Source: Utricularia gibba (Eukaryota; Plantae; Magnoliophyta). Taken from it: a stretch of 15,536 nt of DNA. Both the position numbers and the translations under genes were made by a program. This document shows positions 9,734 to 15,536 of the stretch, in pieces; the first letter of the stretch is position 1; each line of letters starts with the position of its first letter. The DNA is taken from positions 1 through 15,536 of the forward strand of contig NEEC01000459.1 in assembly GCA_002189035.1 (NCBI GenBank), in the 5' to 3' direction. Under the pieces are notes generated by a model that was not told the DNA's origin, made no database searches, and saw only the letters and a program-made list of their open reading frames with translations.

Positions 9734-10964
9734 CTCAAGGAAAAGCTTATCGTTTCTGGGCGGGTGATGTCGTTGGGAACTTCGTTCGGACCCAAGGTTC
9801 TTCTGACTCCTTTGCCACATCGGGTCCTACTCGACGAAAATCGTGATGCAGTTATTGAAGTTAGGATTTCATGAGCACCCAAAATGGTTTTCTCAACCGC
9901 ATGCTTTATATTTGATAAGGTGCTCTCGTGGGGCAACGGTATCGAGTAGGAGGTCGAGTCGAGCTCGGGCCCATAGTCATTTGTAGCTCGGCAAAAAACT
10001 TGATGCATTTATTAACGTTGGTTTTAATAGGCTGCCTACATAGTTTTCTCAAGGAAAAGCTTGTCGTTTTGGGCGGGTGATGTCGTTGGAACTTCGTTCT
10101 GACCCAGGTTCGGTCTGACTCCTTTGCCACATCGGGTCCTACTCGACGAAAATCGTGATGCAGTTATTGAAGTTAGGATTTCATGAGCACCAAAATGGTT
10201 TTTCAACGCATGCTTTATATTTGAGGGCGCTCTCGTGGGGCAACGGTATCGAGCAGGAGGTCGAGTCGAGCTCGGTCCCAGAGTCATTTGTAGCCCAAAA
10301 AAATTGATGCATTTATTAACGTTGGGTTTTAATAGGCTGCCTACATAGTTTCTCAAGGAAAAGCTTGTCGTTTCTGGGCGGGTGATGTCTTTTGGAACTT
10401 CGTTCTGACCATAGGTTCGGTCTGACTCCTTTGCCACATCGGGTCCTACTCGACGAAAATCGTGATGCAGTTATTGAAGTTAGGATATCATGAGCACCCA
10501 AAATGGTTTTCTCAACCGCATGCTTTTATTTGATAAGGCACTCTCGTGGGGCAACGGTATCGAGCAGGAGGTCGAGTCGAGCTCGGCCCAGTCATTTGTA
10601 GCTCGGCAAAAAACTTGATGCATTTTTTAACGTTGGGCTTTTAATAGGCTGCCTACATGGTTTCTCAAGGAAAAGCTTGTCGTTTTTGGGCGGGTGATGT
10701 CGTTAACTTCGTTCGACCCAAGGTTCGTCTGACTCCTTTGCCACATCGGTCCTACTCGACGAAAATCGTGATGCAGTTATTGAAGTTAGGATTTCATGAG
10801 CACCCAAAATTTTTTCAACGCATGCTTTATATTTGAGGAGGCGCTCTCGTGGGGCACGGTATCGGGCAAAGGTCGAGTCGAGCTCGCTCCCAGAGTCATT
10901 TGTAGCCCGACAAAAAATTGATGCATTTATTAACGTTCGGCGCTTTAGGCTGCCTACATAGTTT
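9734..10964. repeat. Short 4-unit mosaic block at the transition between array domains
   Basis: Runs from an A-like start (aagcttatcg) to a G-like end (gggcaaagg...gctcgctccc, ~10860-10890). It contains the last E/F-type unit (10352-10663) and two indel-rich units. Confidence 0.5.
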
Positions 10965-13900
10965 CTCAAGGAAAAGCTTGTCGTTTCTGGGCGGGTGATG
11001 TCGTTGGGAACTTCGTTCGGACCAAGGTTCTGTCTGACTCCTTTGCCACATCGGGTCCTACTCGACGAAAATCGTGATGCAGTTATTGAAGTTAGGATGT
11101 CATGAGCACCCAAAATGGTTTTCTCAACCGCATGCTTTATATTTGAGGAGGCGCTCTCGTGGGGCAACGGTATCGAGCAGGAGGTCGAGTCGAGCTCGGG
11201 CCCATAGTCATTTGTAGCTCGGCAAAAAAATTGATGCATTTATTAACGTTGGTTTTAATAGGCTGCCTCAATGGTTTTCTCAAGGAAAAGCTTGTCGTTT
11301 TTGGGCGGGTGATGTCGTTGGAACTTCGTTCTGACCCAAGTTCGGTCTGACTCCTTTGCCACATCGGGTCCTACTCGACGAAAATCGTGATGCAGTTATT
11401 GAAGTTAGGATTCATGAGCACCCAAAATGGTTTTCTCAACGCATGCTTTATATTTGATAAGGTGCTCTCGTGGGGCAACGGTATCGAGCAGGAGGTCGAG
11501 TCGAGCTCGGGCCAGAGTCATTTGTAGCCCGACAAAAATTGATGCATTTATTAACGTTCGTATTAGGCTGCCTACATAGTTTTCTCAAGGAAAAGCTTGT
11601 CGTTTCTGGCGGGTGATGTCGTTGGGAACTTCGTTCGGACCCAAGGTTCTGTCTGACTCCTTTGCCACATCGGGTCCTACTCGACGAAAATCGTGATGCA
11701 GTTATTGAAGTTAGGATGTCATGAGCACCCAAAATGGTTTTCTCAACCGCATGCTTTATATTTGAGGAGGCGCTCTCGTGGGGCAACGGTATCGAGCAGG
11801 AGGTCGAGTCGAGCTCGGGCCCATAGTCATTTGTAGCTCGGCAAAAAACTTGATGCATTTATTAACGTTGGGTTTTAATAGGCGCCTACATTGTTTTCTC
11901 AAGGAAAAGCTTGTCGTTTTTGGGCGGGTGATGTCGTTGTGAACTTCGTTCTGACCAAGGTTCGGTCTGTCTCCTTTGCCACATCGGTCCTACTCGACGA
12001 AAATCGTGATGCAGTTATTGAAGTTAGGATTTCATGAGCACCCAAAATGGTTTTCTCAACCGCATGCTTTATATTTGATAAGGCACTCTCGTGGGGCAAC
12101 GGTATCGAGCAGGAGGTCGAGTCGAGCTCGGTCCCAGAGTCATTTGTAGCCCGACAAAAATATTGATGCATTTATTAACGTTCGGCGCTATTAGGCTGCC
12201 TACATAGTTTCTCAAGGAAAAGCTTGTCGTTTCTGGCGGGTGATGTCGTTGGGAACTTCGTTCGACCAAGGTTCTGTCTGACTCCTTTGCCACATCGGGT
12301 CCTACTCGACGAAAATCGTGATGCAGTTATTGAAGTTAGGATGTCATGAGCACCCAAAATGGTTTTCTCAACCGCATGCTTTATATTTGAGGAGGCGCTC
12401 TCGTGGGGCAACGGTATCGAGTAGGAGGTCGAGTCGAGCTCGGGCCCATAGTCATTTGTAGCTCGGCAAAAAAATTGATGCATTAATTAACGTTGGGTTT
12501 TAATAGAACGCCTACATTGTTTTCTCAAGGAAAAGCTTGTCGTTTTTGGGCGGGTGATGTCGTTGTGAACTTCGTTCTGACCCAAGGTTCGGTCTGACTC
12601 CTTTGCCACATCGGGTCCTACTCGACGAAAATCGTGATGCAGTTATTGAAGTTAGGATGTCATGAGCACCCAAAATGGTTTTCTCAACCGCATGCTTTAT
12701 ATTTGATAGGCGCTCTCGTGGGGCAACGGTATCGAGTAGGAGGTCGAGTCGAGCTCGGGCCATAGTCATTTGTAGCTCGGCAAAAAACTTGATGCATTTA
12801 TTAACGTTGGTTTTAATAGGCTGCCTCAATGGTTTTCTCAAGGAAAAGCTTGTCGTTTTTGGCGGGTGATGTCGTTGGAAACTTCGTTCTGACCAAGGTT
12901 CGGTCTGACTCCTTTGCCACATCGGGTCCTACTCGACGAAAATCGTGATGCAGTTATTGAAGTTAGGATGTCATGAGCACCCAAAATGGTTTTCTCAACC
13001 GCATGCTTTATATTTGATAAGGCGCTCTCGTGGGGCAACGGTATCGAGCAGGAGGTCGAGTCGAGCTCGGGCCCAGAGTCATTTGTAGCCGACAAAAATA
13101 TTGATGCATTTATTAACGTTCGGCGCTATTAGGCTGCCTACATAGTTTCTCAAGGAAAAGCTTGTCGTTTCTGGCGGGTGATGTCGTTGGGAACTTCGTT
13201 CGGACCCAAGGTTCTGTCTGACTCCTTTGCCACATCGGGTCCTACTCGACGAAAATCGTGATGCAGTTATTGAAGTTAGGATGTCATGAGCACCCAAAAT
13301 GGTTTTCTCAACCGCATGCTTTATATTTGAGGAGGCGCTCTCGTGGGGCAACGGTATCGAGCAGGAGGTCGAGTCGAGCTCGGGCCCAGAGTCATTTGTA
13401 GCTCGGCAAAAAACTTGATGCATTTATTAACGTTGGTTTAATAGGCTGCCTCAATGGTTTTCTCAAGGAAAAGCTTGTCGTTTTTGGGCGGGTGATGTCG
13501 TTGTGAACTTCGTTCTGACCAAGGTTCGGTCTGACTCCTTTGCCAATCGGTCCTACTCGACGAAAATCGTGATGCAGTTATTGAAGTTAGGATGTCATGA
13601 GCACCAAAATGGTTTTCTCAACCGCATGCTTTATATTTGATAAGGTGCTCTCGTGGGCAACGGTAATCGAGCAGGAGGTCGAGTCGAGCTCGGGCCAGAG
13701 TCATTTGTAGCCGGCAAAAAATTGATGCATTTATTAACGTTCGGCGCTTATTAGGCTGCCTACATAGTTTTCTCAAGGAAAAGCTTGTCGTTTCTGGCGG
13801 TGATGTCGTTGGGAACTTCGTTCGACCAAGGTTCTGTCTGACTCCTTTGCCACATCGGGTCCTACTCGACGAAAATCGTGATGCAGTTATTGAAGTTAGG

Positions 13901-15536
13901 ATGTCATGAGCACCCAAAATGGTTTTCTCAACCGCATGCTTTATTTTGAGGAGGCGCTCTCGTGGGGCAACGGTATCGAGTAGGAGGTCGAGTCGAGCTC
14001 GGGCCCATAGTCATTTGTAGCTCGGCAAAAAAACTTGATGCATTTATTAACGTTGGTTTTAATAGGCTGCCTACATGTTTCTCAAGGAAAAGCTTGTCGT
14101 TTCTGGCGGTGATGTCGTTGGGAACTTCGTTCGGACCCAAGGTTCTGTCTGACTCCTTTGCCACATCGGGTCCTACTCGACGAAAATCGTGATGCAGTTA
14201 TTGAAGTTAGGATTTCATGAGCACCAAAATGGTTTTCTCAACCGCATGCTTTATATTTGATAAGGTGCTCTCGTGGGGCAACGGTATCGAGTAGGAGGTC
14301 GAGTCGAGCTCGGGCCCATAGTCATTTGTAGCTCGGCAAAAAACTTGATGCATTTATTAACGGTTGTTTTAATAGGCTGCCTCAATGGTTTTCTCAAGGA
14401 AAAGCTTGTCGTTTTTGGGCGGAATGTCGTTGTGAACTTCGTTCTGACCAAGGTTCGGTCTGACTCCTTTGCCAATCGGTCCTACTCGACGAAAATCGTG
14501 ATGCAGTTATTGAAGTTAGGATGTCAGGAGCACCAAAATGGTTTTCTCAACCGCATGCTTTATATTTGATAAGGTGCTCTCGTGGGGCAACGGTATCGAG
14601 CAGGAGGTCGAGTCGAGCTCGGGCCCAGAGTCATTTGTAGCCCGACAAAAATATTGATGCATTTATTAACGTTCGGCTATTAGGCTGCCTACATAGTTTC
14701 TCAAGGAAAAGCTTGTCGTTTCTGCGGTGATGTCGTTGGGAACTTCGTTCGGACCAAGGTTCTGACTGACTCCTTTGCCACATCGGGTCCTACTCGACGA
14801 AAATCGTGATGCAGTTATTGAAGTTAGGATGTCATGAGCACCCAAAATGGTTTTCTCAACCGCATGCTTTATATTTGAGGAGGCGCTCTCGTGGGGCAAC
14901 GGTATCGAGTAGGAGGTCGAGTCGAGCTCGGGCCCATAGTCATTTGTAGCTCGGCAAAAAACTTGATGCATTAATTAACGTTGGGTTTAATAGAACGCCT
15001 ACATGTTTTTCTCAAGGAAAAGCTTGTCGTTTCTGGCGGGTGATGTCGTTGGAAACTTCGTTCGGACCCAAGGTTCTGTCTGACTCCTTTGCCACATCGG
15101 GTCCTACTCGACGAAAATCGTGATGCAGTTATTGAAGTTAGGATTTCATGAGCACCCAAAATGGTTTTCTCAACCGCATGCTTTATATTTGATAAGGTGC
15201 TCTCGTGGGGCAACGGTATCGAGTAGGAGGTCGAGTCGAGCTCGGGCCCATAGTCATTTGTAGCTCGGCAAAAAACTTGATGCATTTATTAACGGTTGGT
15301 TTAATAGGCTGCCTCAATGGTTTTCTCAAGGAAAAGCTTGTCGTTTTTGGGCGGGTGATGTCGTTGTGAACTTCGTTCTGACCCAAGGTTCGGTCTGTCT
15401 CCTTTGCCAAATCTGGTCCTACTCGACGAAAATCGTGATGCAGTTATTGAAGTTAGGATTCATGAGCACCCAAAATGCTTTTTTCAATCGCATGCTTTAT
15501 ATTGAGGAGGCGCTCTAGTGGGGCACGGTATCGGCA
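10965..15536. repeat. Satellite sub-domain with 2-3-unit periodicity (A, C and D/B hybrid units) and no E/F types
   Basis: No gtcttttgg, gaccatagg or ggatatc variants after ~10490. A-like units (gaggaggcgc) start at 10965, 11584, 12211, 13149, 13772 and 14700, i.e. every 2 or 3 units. Confidence 0.7.

Larger units (their letters stand above)
1..15536. repeat. Tandem satellite DNA array, ~315-bp unit (dimer of ~157-158 bp), ~50 head-to-tail copies in one orientation, running off both ends of the window
   Basis: The anchor ctcaaggaaaagctt recurs 50 times from 85 to 15325, with spacings of 300-317 bp (mean 311). Every intervening segment matches the same consensus, and each unit has one HindIII site (aagctt). 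No non-repeat sequence or inverted unit was seen. Confidence 0.99.

Noticed and set aside
387-15410. All ORFs in the six-frame track as protein-coding genes (e.g. 5964-6515, 183 aa; 10703-11239, 178 aa)
   Set aside because: They are frame-shifting translations of the same satellite unit. Their ends are set by homopolymer indels, I recognise no domain, and there is no gene context.
1-15536. CRISPR array or other prokaryotic repeat-spacer system
   Set aside because: There are no unique spacers: the whole 315 bp repeats. No cas genes or leader are present.
1-15536. 5S rDNA, tRNA or snRNA tandem array
   Set aside because: The unit length is compatible with 5S arrays, but I see no 5S coding sequence, internal A/C boxes, tRNA cloverleaf or Sm site.
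1-15536. Embedded transposon, LTR fragment, telomeric repeat or strand inversion
   Set aside because: All 49 anchor-to-anchor intervals are 300-317 bp and in the same orientation, leaving no room for an insertion.
1-15536. Rolling-circle or concatemer artefact of a single small circular molecule
   Set aside because: Units fall into distinct multi-SNP types in changing order rather than being noisy copies of one fixed template, which argues for a genuine genomic array.

Overview
The entire 15,536-bp window is one uninterrupted, same-orientation tandem satellite array. It contains no genes, RNA genes, transposon insertions or unique sequence. The anchor ctcaaggaaaagctt occurs 50 times (85, 399, 711, 1028 ... 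15011, 15325), with a mean spacing of 311 bp. The error-corrected unit is about 315-316 bp. Each unit is an old dimer of two diverged ~157-158-bp halves, and there is a possible ~79-bp layer beneath that. Diagnostic SNP blocks sort the units into types I label A-G. These form an 8-unit higher-order repeat (HOR) of ~2.49 kb (A-B-A-C-D-E-F-G), followed by an internally expanded 15-unit copy and another 8-unit copy. After ~10.5 kb the pattern changes to a 2-3-unit pattern that lacks the E/F types. Monomer size and C/T polymorphism at CG and CHG sites suggest a plant centromeric or pericentromeric satellite, but this is inference and I cannot name the family. The ORFs in the track are translations of the repeat. 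Many deletion-biased homopolymer indels point to unpolished long-read data, which limits fine-scale conclusions. Unit typing was done by eye.
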